A stretch of DNA of 64,000 nt from Balanoglossus misakiensis (Eukaryota > Animalia > Hemichordata), in the NCBI GenBank assembly GCA_040954595.2, contig CM082578.2, positions 16,848,998 through 16,912,997 on the forward strand. Direction: 5' to 3'. This document shows, piece by piece, positions 1-13,000 of the stretch (position 1 is its first letter; each line of letters begins with the position of its first letter). A model generated the notes under the pieces. The model made no database searches. It was not told the origin of the DNA and worked only from the letters and a program-made list of their open reading frames with translations. The translations under genes were made by a program, and so were the position numbers.

Positions 1-774
1 AGTTTATTGGTGCAAGAGGGGTATCCCTGGGAACGATACGTGGGATTCCATCCTATTAGTGTTAAGTCTGCGTGGGTATTACAATGTAACAAGCCAGGTA
101 GAGATAGTGATGTCTTTGTTCGCGGTTAATTCGCGTTACGTGGGGTGTTAACATCAAAACCTTTCCGACAAATGCGTCACCCAGACAAACTCCCCGAGGT
201 TGCCACTCTCTCCGCGCCTGCTTCATTAAATCGAGTTAATTGATTTCTGAGTTAAAAGAACAACGGCGATCCTCACACGGAAACATTGGATACCCTATTG
301 CGACGACAACCACTATTTTTGTTCATCTGAGCAAATGTGATAATGTTTATGAGTGGCAGCAACACCAATTCTCTCTCCGTGCTCAGATAAGATGAATCAC
401 CCAAACGAAAGTGATGACAACTTTCATTCTCAAATCTACCACATCGTTAAATGTCGCACATTCTGGGTGATACGGCATACCGGAGCAAGTTTATTGATGA
501 CAATAAAAACGAATAGTTTTACTTTGACGTGGTTTTTCAAAGATTACACTTTTAACCGCAATAAACCGCAGTTGGTATCTATGCAGACCTTCGAAATTCC
601 AAGCCTTGTAATTTCAAATTTCAACCGGCATTTAGTCTGTGTTGATGAATATGATGAATACAAAAAGGGTGGTTTGTATAATTCATTTACTGCCTTTATA
701 TTTTGAACAGGTCAAGAGTTCAAGTATGGTATTTGTGGTGTACCCATGCATGGCCAGTCATGTAAGTCTCGATT

Positions 775-781
<7 letters not shown>

Positions 782-822
<41 letters not shown>
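782..822. repeat. (TG)n microsatellite
   Basis: About 20 perfect TG units, read directly. Confidence 0.98.
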
Positions 823-825
<3 letters not shown>

Positions 826-3508
826 AAAATTCCGTAACAACTGCCCTGTGAGTGTTTTACGTGGGGATAAAATTACCTGAAACCGAACATCACCAACTAC
901 ATACATGTATTACAGACATACACACGCAGTTCTATGTGCCATATACATCATTAACAGTACTGTCAATGCATACGTTCAATCTATGGGATAATGCGCGATT
1001 ATTGCTGTCCACATTACTATCACAGTGCCTGTAATAGAGCAACCTCGTAAATAGTAGCAGTTATGAGGACGAACGCCCTTATTATTACGTAATTTGTAGT
1101 ATTGCTTAAAGGTTATAACACCTGGTGTATACAAACTGTGCTTCCAAACCGCGTGGTTCCAGCTTTACACTTATAATACAGCTCAAAGCGTAAAGTCAGT
1201 GGCGTAAAGTATTCTTTTTACGATTTATAACTATCGGACTAGATGGAAAATTCAGTATCTTTGGATGTGTCTTCAGTCCAGCCATCGATTTGTCGTCGGA
1301 ATGTGTCAGTTTATGATGAATTGGCTAAGATTATTATGATCGCTTTCCCCAACCGCCAGATCTTGTTAGATCGAAGAGATTCGTTCTGGAATGTTTTTCT
1401 TGTCTGAGTCTGTCATCACGAAGCAATGTAATGGGTCATGGTTTGACGATTTGAAAATCTTCGCTTGAATAGCTTATGTGATAGTGTATGCTCTATCGCC
1501 GTGAAAGTTTATGATCGTTTTTTTTCCCAGTGGCCTGGCCGTTCTTGTGCTATCGAAGTGTAGGATTTTTGTGAATGAGACTGAATCACCCGAAGTTTAA
1601 TCTTCGCTCATAATTTGATCGATCGTATCTGTGGTCCTCAGAGTATCTAGCCAATATTTGAAATTAAAAATGGCCACATTCTTGATTTTCTTGAGAACAG
1701 GATAGCGGGCATCATGATTTTTAAATGACTCACCACTAGAGTCCATGGGCGTATACAGCAAGGATGGAATAGCTCAATAGGTTTAGGGGGTTTTTCTTAT
1801 ACCCGCGTTCCCACCCCGAGGTGTGATCTCCTTACGCGAGTAGGAAAGACGCACTTCTAAGACTGCGACAACTTTATACCCAGAGATATCCGTCCTCTGA
1901 AATGAAGGGCATGTTTCAATATTTCATGCACGCTTCTCAGAGGTTCGAATGACACGGATGAGTAACCAATCAGACGATCTGTCTGAATGTCACAGATCGG
2001 TATATCTTGCTATCTTTATGCATCATAGATGAAAAGATGGGACCGCTCCCCCCCCCCCCCCCGATTGGTATCACCGCAGATATTGGCGCTTAAGAGCCGT
2101 GGTATACCACAGTTTACGTCATCAAGTGTAATTCGTTGATTGCATTCCCTGGTTAATCTCCTCTGATATCACGTTTCTTGCGGTCCTGACTATGCTCAAC
2201 CAATGGGCAGTGACTGGGACGTGGTAAGGACAATTCTGAAGAAGTTTGCACTCCTTGACAGAAAAAAGTGGCATAACTTGATACCCTAGAAATGCGAGCG
2301 AGAACTGACTAGCTTATGATGGAAAAATATAATCTACAAATAATCAAAAAGACCACAGAAACTCATGACAGTTTCATCATCTCAACAAAGCACAGGTACC
2401 AAATTATTCAGCACTGGAACAGCGAAATGTGTCATGGGTGGGATATAGTGCAAAGGGGTTTGAAAAAGACCATTGAAAGTTTCTAATAAAGGGCCCAGGA
2501 TTTGTCTGGTGAAAACGCCATGATGGCGACAGAAAGAAAAATTGGCGCTTCTGAATGAAGAATGTGATCTTTGTAAGTCAGTTCCCACGCGTCAGCATCG
2601 CAAAAAATGACATTTTTCATAGTGCAGTGCATGAAAGTAGGAAAGCCCGGACAGAGACGTCGGATTAATCATAACTTGATTGCTTGGCCGATCACTCATG
2701 GCAAGAGATCTTCGACTACGCAACTCAGTTACGCAAGTAATTTGCATAACTCAACCACCTATGCACGGAAGAAGGGGTTAAGGTTTTCGTGGTTCGAGAA
2801 TGCAAAGTTAGTAGAACAAGAGCAAGCGATCGACAGGGTGGGTTATATTCTTCACAGAAAGCCTCTCAAATGGCCGGAAGAAGAAAACCGAAGAATGGAT
2901 CGTGATATGATCAGAACCAGTCATCGCTTGTATCGATACCCGTTCATGCATGTTCGAATGGGATATATATTTTATTCAGCTACCTTCATCCTATAAACTT
3001 TTGAATACGTCCCTCACATAACATAAATCACGATCTCTTCTTTTCCTGTCGTACATTTGGATCAGGTGTCGCCACTATGAGAGGATTTGTCGCAATTATC
3101 CTTTACGGCTTTTTACGATTCACAAAACATATTCCGGCTACAATTTGGACTGTCAAAATTACCAATATACAATATGTATCCAGCTGGTTCAGTGTACAAA
3201 AGTCATTTAATCACATTTTAATTCCTTGCCGTTCTCTGTTGGATGATATGAATGGTCATTATAGCCATGCCCCCATCGTAGACATTTGTGCTTAGCTTAA
3301 ATCCTTATTATAATGCTATATAGCAATGAAACCAAAGGATTGCCACGCATATATATGTATATAACCTTTGTGACACCATACACCACCATCGAGAGTCTCA
3401 TGGTGAAACTCGCGCAATGCATCGAGCAATATCAACCGTATTTCGTGCAAAATGTAACACCCACACATGACATGTGCCTATGCAAGTAATCACTGCAAAA
3501 TCAGCGTA

Positions 3509-3514
3509 TTTATT
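3509..3514 (-). terminator. Candidate polyadenylation signal (AATAAA) of the divergent G-alpha gene
   Basis: tttatt on the + strand, ~570 nt past the stop codon at 4083. Confidence 0.4.
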
Positions 3515-4082
3515 CAACAACGAAAACGTCCTTTATCTGTGTCGAATGCCAGTGCTGAATTTTTTCTATGCTACACTAATCAAGGTATAATATGAACATC
3601 ACATGTACTTCAGTTACAAGCAACGAGATGTAGAAAGAAATGCGTTCGCGTATATCCGAAATATCTAGGGTTATTAAATAATTTCAATTTGTGCCCAGTC
3701 CCCTGATGTGAAATATGCTTATACATGTCCACGCCTAGCTTGGGTTGTTCGTGGAAAGGCGTGATGGAGAGATTCTAAAGTAAGATTGTTCGTCCCAAGG
3801 AAAAAAGTAAAACGATTAAGTCCGAGTATCGTCGAGAAGGGTAACGCAACCCAGATCTGGTTGTACCCAACCTTGCCCTGTGCATTAAATAAGATTAGGT
3901 TACATGAGATCTCTGCGGCAGATTCGCGTAAAATAATCCAGATAAAAAGTACAACAGCGCGGAGATCTCGGTATAACTCCCACAACCGACCTGGACTTTC
4001 GATTTGTTTAATCAGATGCTCGGAGACCTGAAAAGCTTTCCACAATCAATCCTGTATGCGGACAATCCACAATGCACAACGT

Positions 4083-7000
4083 TTACTGTATTAAATGACA
4101 CGCCTTCAGCGAACTTCTGATGATGATGTCGGTGACATCGTTGAAAACGTGTTCGATATTTTTCGTGTCTGTGGCACATGTGAAGTGGGTGTAAATTTCT
4201 CGGTCAGGTTTAAGGTTGCATTCTTCAAACTTGGCCTGGATGAATTCGCTTGCGTCATCGAAGCTACTGGGCCCTGGAGAGAGTGAGAAAAATGTTTAAA
4301 AAGTTGTGTGAAGCTTTAGGTTTAAATACTGCTCTAGTGTGTTGACTTTCTCGTAAAGGTATATGCTGAACAGTTTATTATATTGCGGCGAAGATAGAAC
4401 AGGATATTTCAATGTCGAATATTGTGTAGTTTTGACCCCTCGGCTGTTTAGTGTATCCGCTCTAAAGGCGCTCTACTTTAACATATTTTTCTGGTCATCT
4501 TTGCGCCAATATTTTAGATCCAGTTACTTGCGACATAAAACCTAGCACGATAATTACTGCCAGTTACCTGAATATTCAGGGAAGCATATCGTCAGCGGTG
4601 AACGCGTTACCTTCTCCTCGAAAATGTCTTTCTTGTTGAGAAATAAGATGAAAGAAGTATCTTCAAACCAGCCACTGTTTAGCGTAGACTCGAACAGTTT
4701 GCGCGATTCGTGCATGCGATTCTGAAAATGAAAAAAAAAAGTCAACTTCGTAAAAAAGGGTAATCCAAACCAAGGTAGAGAGTTATGCAAATTATCCGCG
4801 CTGGTGGCGATAACAACATTAGGCCTATGTGCATCAGGTGACATTCTGAAAAAAATGTTCATGCCTTTCCTGTTTTGATTTACAAAAATGGTATTTATCA
4901 ATTAATCCAATCCGATGTCTTAAATATAACATTACATCAGCCTTCCTCCTACTCATCCCTCGAATGATCAAATGGAGAATCCCTTAGTATATCGTCTTAT
5001 CTTAGCTATGATCCTCTGTTTTATTTATACATGTATATTATTCATATCACTGTGTCCCCTGAAAACTAACCAACAATAGATGAGTGTACAATGTAGGTAC
5101 GGCGGAGTCTTTACAGTAAGCAGCATGAGGTCTGAAATCATTACTTTCTGCGAATGATGTGGAGATGTGGGGGAGTACAGCATCCCGCTGATTGGGTGAC
5201 TGTAATTCCACTGACTGGCAAGGCCGACTTAACCTCCAAATCCTCATTGCATGTACCCCCCAACTGTGGACGCGGTTTATTAAGTTAGTCGTAATGACCA
5301 CTGTTTGGGTTTCCGAACTCGGGGAAACGCACTTAAATCGTGGGACAATCTTGTTTGAGAGTCAAAAAGGCCAACTGTACAACCGTGCAAGCTTTTAACG
5401 TCGCAGGGAAATTCAATATTTAAATAAGCTTACTTGATAGTTTTACAACAAACGAATTCTTGTACAATGATACGTAAGAGTTGATGAAGTAAGACTACAT
5501 CTATATATAGATTGTATTCGTACTATATTTCACTCTTATTTAGCAATGTCAGAGAAAGGTCGGAAATAATTTCGCGGTCCGTTTTGTCATTGATTGTCGG
5601 TTCATGCTTGTTAACCAAAGCATGCTTCACACGTTTTAATAGTATCTGTATAGACTGGCAACGACTTTTAAGACGTCGGTATCAATTTGAACGTGCTTTC
5701 ATTTTTTTTATTGTCACTTGCCAATTTTGGCGATTGCGCACTATAAATCATACGATTTTAGCTCCCACACCCCCAAGGAATACATCCGCGGATCGTGGCG
5801 CTATGTTTGGAATACTGGACACGTATTTGATTATCTCAAATTTCATATGCTGTCAATCTCGGTGCGAGAACGCCATGGGAAACTTTCAAGCGGCTGAGTC
5901 GTGTTTTTTTATAGTTCTGAAAATGGTCTAATTTTGGTTTCGGTGTTTTGAAAATCCTCCCACCCAAACTCCAATGCTGTTATGCTAAATTGGATATTAC
6001 TTTGCCGAATTTTCATCATACTGAATTGGGCATCCAATCTCGAATACTATTACCTGAAACGTGCCCAATGTCAGATCACGTCAATATAACACATATCACC
6101 GTTATCATATCATATCACATCATATCATATAAAAAACGCTCTAGTTTACACAAGTAATGGCTTACCGATTGCCACACAAATGGGTCTCAGCTTACCTTTT
6201 AAAAGGTAAAAAAATCTAAGTTTAGTTCTTTGATCTTTTAGAGAAATTCTTCATAGTACAAAGATATTTGTTCAAATACATTGTATATGAGCTTTTAATG
6301 CCTCGGAGAAAACGTGGCCGTTTACATTGGATGAAATATCATATCATGATGAATGTTGACAAAGTAAGATTATATTTTTACCCTTTTATTCCGACCTGTA
6401 GGTTTTTCCTTCTAAACCCAGACTATAAAGCGCACTATCTTCTGCATTTACGGCCTTAAATATCACGGTACCCCAAGAATTCTCCGCATGTAATGGCTTA
6501 TTGATTACTAGAAAGTCTAGAGATCTTTGACCGTTTACAAAAATAATTCATTTATATATATCTTATTGCAGTTATCGTGTTACATTGACTCAAATGTTTC
6601 TGTTCGATTCATAATGCATTTACGGCCTTAAAACGAGATTATTAATGCAGCTGTCTCGACAGCTGATCCAAAAATGTTGTGTGCTAGTGTTGACGTGACC
6701 ATATCAATTTCCCCTCGTGTTCTTCAGTATATCCTAGGAAAAACATTTGAAGCTTTCATAAATGTTAAATGGTGCACTTTCACGGTGTCTATCCGTGTGA
6801 CTTAATCGCATTCTTGTGACAGCCCTGGCGGACATGACATTCAGAATTCATTCATTTTGAAAGAGTGATCGAAACTTCTTGTATCTTTCTCGATTTCTTT
6901 GCGAGCAAAGCCTGACAGGATATGTCGTGTATCGGAAGAGTGTCTCGTGGTGTGTTCATACAACACCTCAGAGCCGGCTTTCAACCGAAACCGTCACCGG

Positions 7001-10000
7001 AGGATGCGCTAATTAGTCCGGAATTGTACGCGTGTATTCCCTTATATGATAACGACTGTTTAACCCTGCTGCAAACCGATCGCCATTTGTTTCAATACAG
7101 AGAAACTGCGCAGGTCTGTGGCCAGACGATTTTTACGAACACAAGTTTGCACATGCGCGTTGCACATAGTTACTTCTCTCTTGGCTGCAAGACACTTGAG
7201 GCGACGGATACTTGCACGAAGATAAATTGAAACTTTAATGCTACATAGAGAATCGGCAATCATTCCATTCACTCGTCTACCCACTTATTTGTCCATTAAG
7301 CCGCCCATCCGTAAATTAATAATTATGAACCACGTATATAAAATATCATCTTCCTACCATTTCCTCGTCTTCAGCCAAAACTAAATCATATTCACTAAGT
7401 GCTACACAAAAGATAATGGCGGTTACGTCTTCGAAACAGTGAATCCACTTCTTCCTCTGTGACCTCTGACCCCCAACGTCTACCATTCTGTAATACAAGA
7501 GAAAAGCATTCCAGTGTTCAGTGACAGCTAAACTCGATTATTCCATCCCATGGGCTCCGAAATCTCCTCCCTTCGCGAACCGACGGCGGTGTAAGAAGTT
7601 AACTTACTTAAAATGCAGTCGTCTAAATTCGAAATGCGTTTCGACGATACCGGTTGTTCTGACCCTGCTTTTGAGGACATCTTGCTGCGTGGGAATATAG
7701 TCGGGCGACGCCAAACGGTCGATGGAGTTCAGATAGTACGTGGTAGAGTCGTTCAGTTGGTACTCCCTGGACCTCTGGAGACAACTCTGTATGCCGCTGT
7801 CCAACCACAGTCTCTTTACACACGCCGCTAACTCTGGCTTGAAGACCCCTTCTTCAACGTCGCCCGCTTTAGCCAACACCCACTGAGCATCTTTCTGTGG
7901 GTGGAAACAAACAAAGAACCCCTGGTAAATCTTAGCATATTGTCAGACTTAAAAATTACTGTTGCTTTTAATATGCTGGTAGGGGTGCTAAATACCTACA
8001 ATGCAACTGATCGTTTTCAACACAAACCAGGATAACCTTTACCCGACTATCTGACCGCCTATTCATATCTGGTTGTCGAGACGGTGACTACTCTTGACGT
8101 CATCTGTTATAGAATACAATTTGATACCTTTGGATGAAAACCAGAAATTGTAATAAAGGTTGAGTACAGAAATTTCTTGAATTTCACATTTCCGTCGACG
8201 TAAAAAGAAACCTCAGCATGCTTAGTGGCCTTGGCCAGTTATATGCTTGACGTTATTTGACATCCTGTACAGAAATACTGCATTGAAATGATAAATTATT
8301 CTGATGAACTGGCGTATTTCGGTCTGCCGTAATGACAATGCTTGCCGAAAGGTTTTTCAGCAATTATTAGAATTCTACAGTTCAACCATTTCCCCCGCAG
8401 GTTAAATTTTTATCTCTTGCTTTGGATAACTGTGAAGTCAGACGAGAGTACATATTTATTTTCCCCAAGATCAAAATCATATAGAAATCGTCACCAAAGG
8501 TCAAACCTCTCCAGAAAAAGGTCGGAGAGTGTGTTTTTATACTCCAACAAACAACGCGACGCACGTTCGTCGACTGTCGACTTCAATGGCACTCAAAGAA
8601 GATTTGACGGAACCTGCACTAATTATAACCCTGGGCAGCGCGCACAACCACTGCCAAACAAGGAATCGATTTTACGGCGAAGCAAGGTACATTACAACTT
8701 TATACCTATAGCGCAGAGTCATTACCGACTGTCATTTGTATCAGCGACGCTTTATCACCGTAAAAGAGTGCTCCAACAATGCCCCAGTTTAAACCAGCAT
8801 AACTAGCCAGTTAATATTTGAATGAAACCTAAAACGGTTTCCTGATAAACTATCAACTGACCGCAATTGAAATTTATCGACTCAATTCGTCCGTGGTGAA
8901 ATATTGATACCGTCGCCTATACATACCCCTGGCCAGATAGTTAGATTTGCCTTGTACGATCAGGAGCCGAGCATTTCTCCTGTACACCTCATATGCCATT
9001 GATTTTATCAGACTATTCGTCTTCTTCGTGATTGACTTTCACCAAGATTTTCTTAAACATTTAATTGTTCTCGTTAAAATAAATCAAATACTCGTAAAGG
9101 GTAACAAAACCAACAACGTGCTTTACTTTTAACTCTAATGTCTTTTAAGCAACACGAACACGGTGTGCGATAACTCTTAATGATTTCGAGTCGATCTGAA
9201 TTCCTTCAACCACAGACAAATAGAAAAGATATACGCAAGCAGCAAGCTCCTAACACAAAGCTGACTGACCAACAGAACAACGTTCTTCGATTGTGATGCC
9301 CGCACATCCATGCGCAGTGTGGCCTAGAGACAGAGGGATATCGGGTGATGCCCAAAAGTTCCGGGTCCTGTTGTGTCAGTTGAAGTTTCATCTCATTCTG
9401 CTCGATATTTAGGGAATATTATTTACCCTTCTTAAAATGTCTCCCACGTTCTCACATTTCCACTTTTGTTTCTCGATCATCGGTCTTGCCAGTTATTGTC
9501 GCATTTTATTTTTAATCGTCTTGCGAGTCTGCCAGACAACCACTAATCGTCTGGGGGATCAGACAGACCCCGGATCTATTACTGGGAGTTTCTATTCTCT
9601 CAACTCCGAATTGTGGCTTGTTATCCACGGAGAATACCAATAGATAATTAACGCTAACTGCTCTCTTCGATTACCTTCATTAGATTCCGATCCTCCGCGT
9701 GACGTCAACAGACAGACTTGCTGTAGACGATGCGCTCGTTTTCTTAGATTGGAAATTACCAGAATTAATCTTAATGTTTATAGCGACGGAGATCCCCCCC
9801 CCCCCCTCCCCCGTAGATACCGGGCCACTGCCCAGGTAGTGCGCACACTTGAACGTGTCGTCGGGAGAGATGGACACAATGACATAGTGGAGGGTCTGTG
9901 CCTGCTTAAAGTTACCATTCGCAGCTGATTACTCAAGTAGATGGCGCTAAATATCGTCGCCTGCTGTGCCTAATGAAATGATGAGTAGTTTGAAGAGTAA

Positions 10001-13000
10001 TGCTTTAATAAGCTGCCATTGAGGTGTTCCATTCGTCAGCCATCCCTGTGAATAACCCCACAGCATAAGCTACTACCACGTATAATATTCTGAGTGGGCG
10101 TTACATATTTAGATTGGTACCGAAATAACATCACCAATTTACTGCTATAATTGATTTCTTGAATTATCCCGAGACAGAAATGAATTGATATAAATATTCC
10201 AATCATAGTGGCATTTAACTATCGCTGAGAACCAAAACGGAAGCTTGTCCGTCGTATTAAGTTGCGTCACCCAACAGACTGACGTGTATATAGAAGTAAG
10301 ATTTAGTGCAAGTGTGCTGTCAGATTGCCATTGACGAAAGCAGTCCAGTGAGGCATGTCTGAGTGACAGAGCGGACGCAAAACTCGTACCCTCAGGAGCC
10401 CCAGATGCACGTCCATGTTCTTCTAATCCTGATAATTCTTATTAAACCATCATCCCCCGCCAAAGCAAGTACAAGAAAGTCATTAAAGGCAGTAAACTAC
10501 AACCTTCACAAAATTGCCTTTTGATTTCGTCGTCTGTGTGTCCCAGCAGCGTGATGGGTGTACCTTGATCCAGAAACTCGCCCGAATGACTTGTAGGTCT
10601 TTATACAACAGAAATGAACTGGAAAGCGTGACCTTCTCTAAGCTCACTTCTTCTTCGTAATCTTTTACGATATACCAAATGACACGTGGAAATTTCTCCG
10701 CCCAAGTAATCACCCTTCAAAAAGAATTGGTCTCGTTATCTGACTGGCCGGAATTTAAAAACAAAATATCATTTTAATATTTCCACGATTGTGAGGAATT
10801 CAAGTTTTGTCAATCAAGTATCTAGCTTTAGGTATTGTCACTTTATGTTTTCGATAAGCCAACGCACAAACCGCTCGAAATCCACTAACTTCAAACTGCT
10901 AATTTGGTCGAATCTTTAAATTCTCAAAAAAGCACGAGATCCCGAACTTGCTTCCTCTTCCCTTTTGACACTTCTAAAATGGTTTCGCATCTTTGGCAAA
11001 AAAAAGATATTCCGTGCTCCTTTCATACATATCACCCCTTTGTACGAGAAGTAAGAAAGCGCGGTTCTTTATCGCGATGATTATGTACGTTCAATTTCCG
11101 CTATATTATTACTGTCGAGGGAGACATTCTAAAAAGACGCCAACATAGGGTCAAGCAAGACGTTTACAACAGATTTAACAGACCACATCTTAAGTTGGCT
11201 GTCACCTAGCAACCATCGCATTAGATTTGTCATTGCGATAAGGAGGACTGTTATCAATTAATGAGATTTTCTCGATAATACTCTGGCGGAATTAAAATCT
11301 AAATCCACTTTGTCATGCGCACCCAGGGCGCGTTTCGGTCTCACCCTATAGTGGAATCCTTCAAGGATGGTAACGTTGATTATTTGTGGTTTGAGGGGGG
11401 GGGGGCGATGTGATTTCTACGTCATCGTGCCTCTCACTCCCTTTTGTCTTGCATGAGTGACAGTGTTTTGTGCGAGCAATAGTCTGTGGCTGGCTTATCA
11501 CATCCTGCCTAGACCATTGTCACTCTGACTAATCTGAAAGCGAAAACATGTAAACCAAATTGAATTGCATGGACACACTCATTGGGGGCCGTTGTGCCAG
11601 AGTGCCTTTTGCGTGTGTCCGTGTTTTTTTCTTTTATCGGCGCTACATAGAATCTCTTCCAATCGCACGAAATTGACATGCCATTGTACTTAGCAAACAC
11701 ATATCAATCCGCCAAATTAGTGGCGATTGCCTTTCATGTCCCAGCCAATACCAAGAAGATAACATCTGTGGGAAAGAGGGAGAGATCTGGGAGCTAAAAC
11801 GTTACTATAGCAATTATCGTACCGTTCTCATATCCATGGAGAGTTGAAAAGCGGCATTAGTACATGCTTTGCTTTGAAGGCGTTTGTTCGATATTCAAGC
11901 TTCTCGTCGCTGGAAGCTGCGGTGGCGTGCGACCAGAAGCCAAGCTATAAATTTGCATAACGAACGTAATTTGAATAAAAAGCCGGCCGATATATTTGGA
12001 TATGCCTTTTGAAAACACGCTACATTATACACGGCGCTGGTGGGCGTTTATCAATTTCTAAGCAAGCACAAATTTGGTGACTGAGCTCGCGTGCAAAAAC
12101 TAATAAGGTCATCACGGTTTCCCAGATACCACCCATGTTTTGTCGACCGCAGAATATCGTGTGAAGCAATGTCAAAATCGTCACACATCTGTTCAGGTTA
12201 AATGCAAATTTTTAACTGCAAGACAAAGGCGGATCACGTGATATCATACGTTGAAGAGTTTTGGTGTTTTGCGTGTTTACTACCGCGTACAGCTGCTACT
12301 GTTTTAGTTGTCGGAGACTGTATAATGCTTTAAAATTTTCAACAAATGTACTCCTTCGGAGTCGTCGTTGATGATTTTTATTGATCATATATTGATGCAG
12401 CGCATTCTGAAGCAAAACCACATAAGAAGCGTACGGGAAATCATTTTACTTGCAACGACGTTCAGCGTTACGCGTCGCGTCGAATAACAGCCGCCCTTTC
12501 TAGGACTTTCGAAAGCATCTCCATGGAAACTTGCCGGAGGCAAAGTCGATAATGAGGCGGCAACGTCAGTCAATGTTACTGCTTACGGCAGAAAATGAAC
12601 GTTCGAACGCTGATGTGGGTTTGTGTGTGTGTGTGTGTGTGTGTGTGTTCACCAGATTGACACGATCGATTTCGAATACCAGGCAACATATTTTTGTGAT
12701 AAGTCTTCGCCTCGTTCATATATCTTGCCAACCTGTGGACATCAGTAACCGATTGATGTCTAACATAAACATTCGAATCAACAATGATCACTGTGCATCA
12801 GTTTTAGTTGACGTTGTCTGAACTTGTCATCATTGTGCAGTGTGTTATGGAAAGTCGCGAAACGGTCAAGTTTGTTTTCATCATTTCAGCGTTTAACACG
12901 TTGCTAATGTCAGATCGTAAATTGTCAAATTGTCACCACATTCACAATTTAGGTCATAAAATATCCCCTGTGCTTGCACCGAAAGGCCATAAAATATTCA

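Noticed and set aside
353-3295. Short ORFs at the left end, including the CVCVCV and HTHTHT ORFs
   Set aside because: No recognisable domains or exon-like splice context. The repetitive peptides come from the (TG)n microsatellite.
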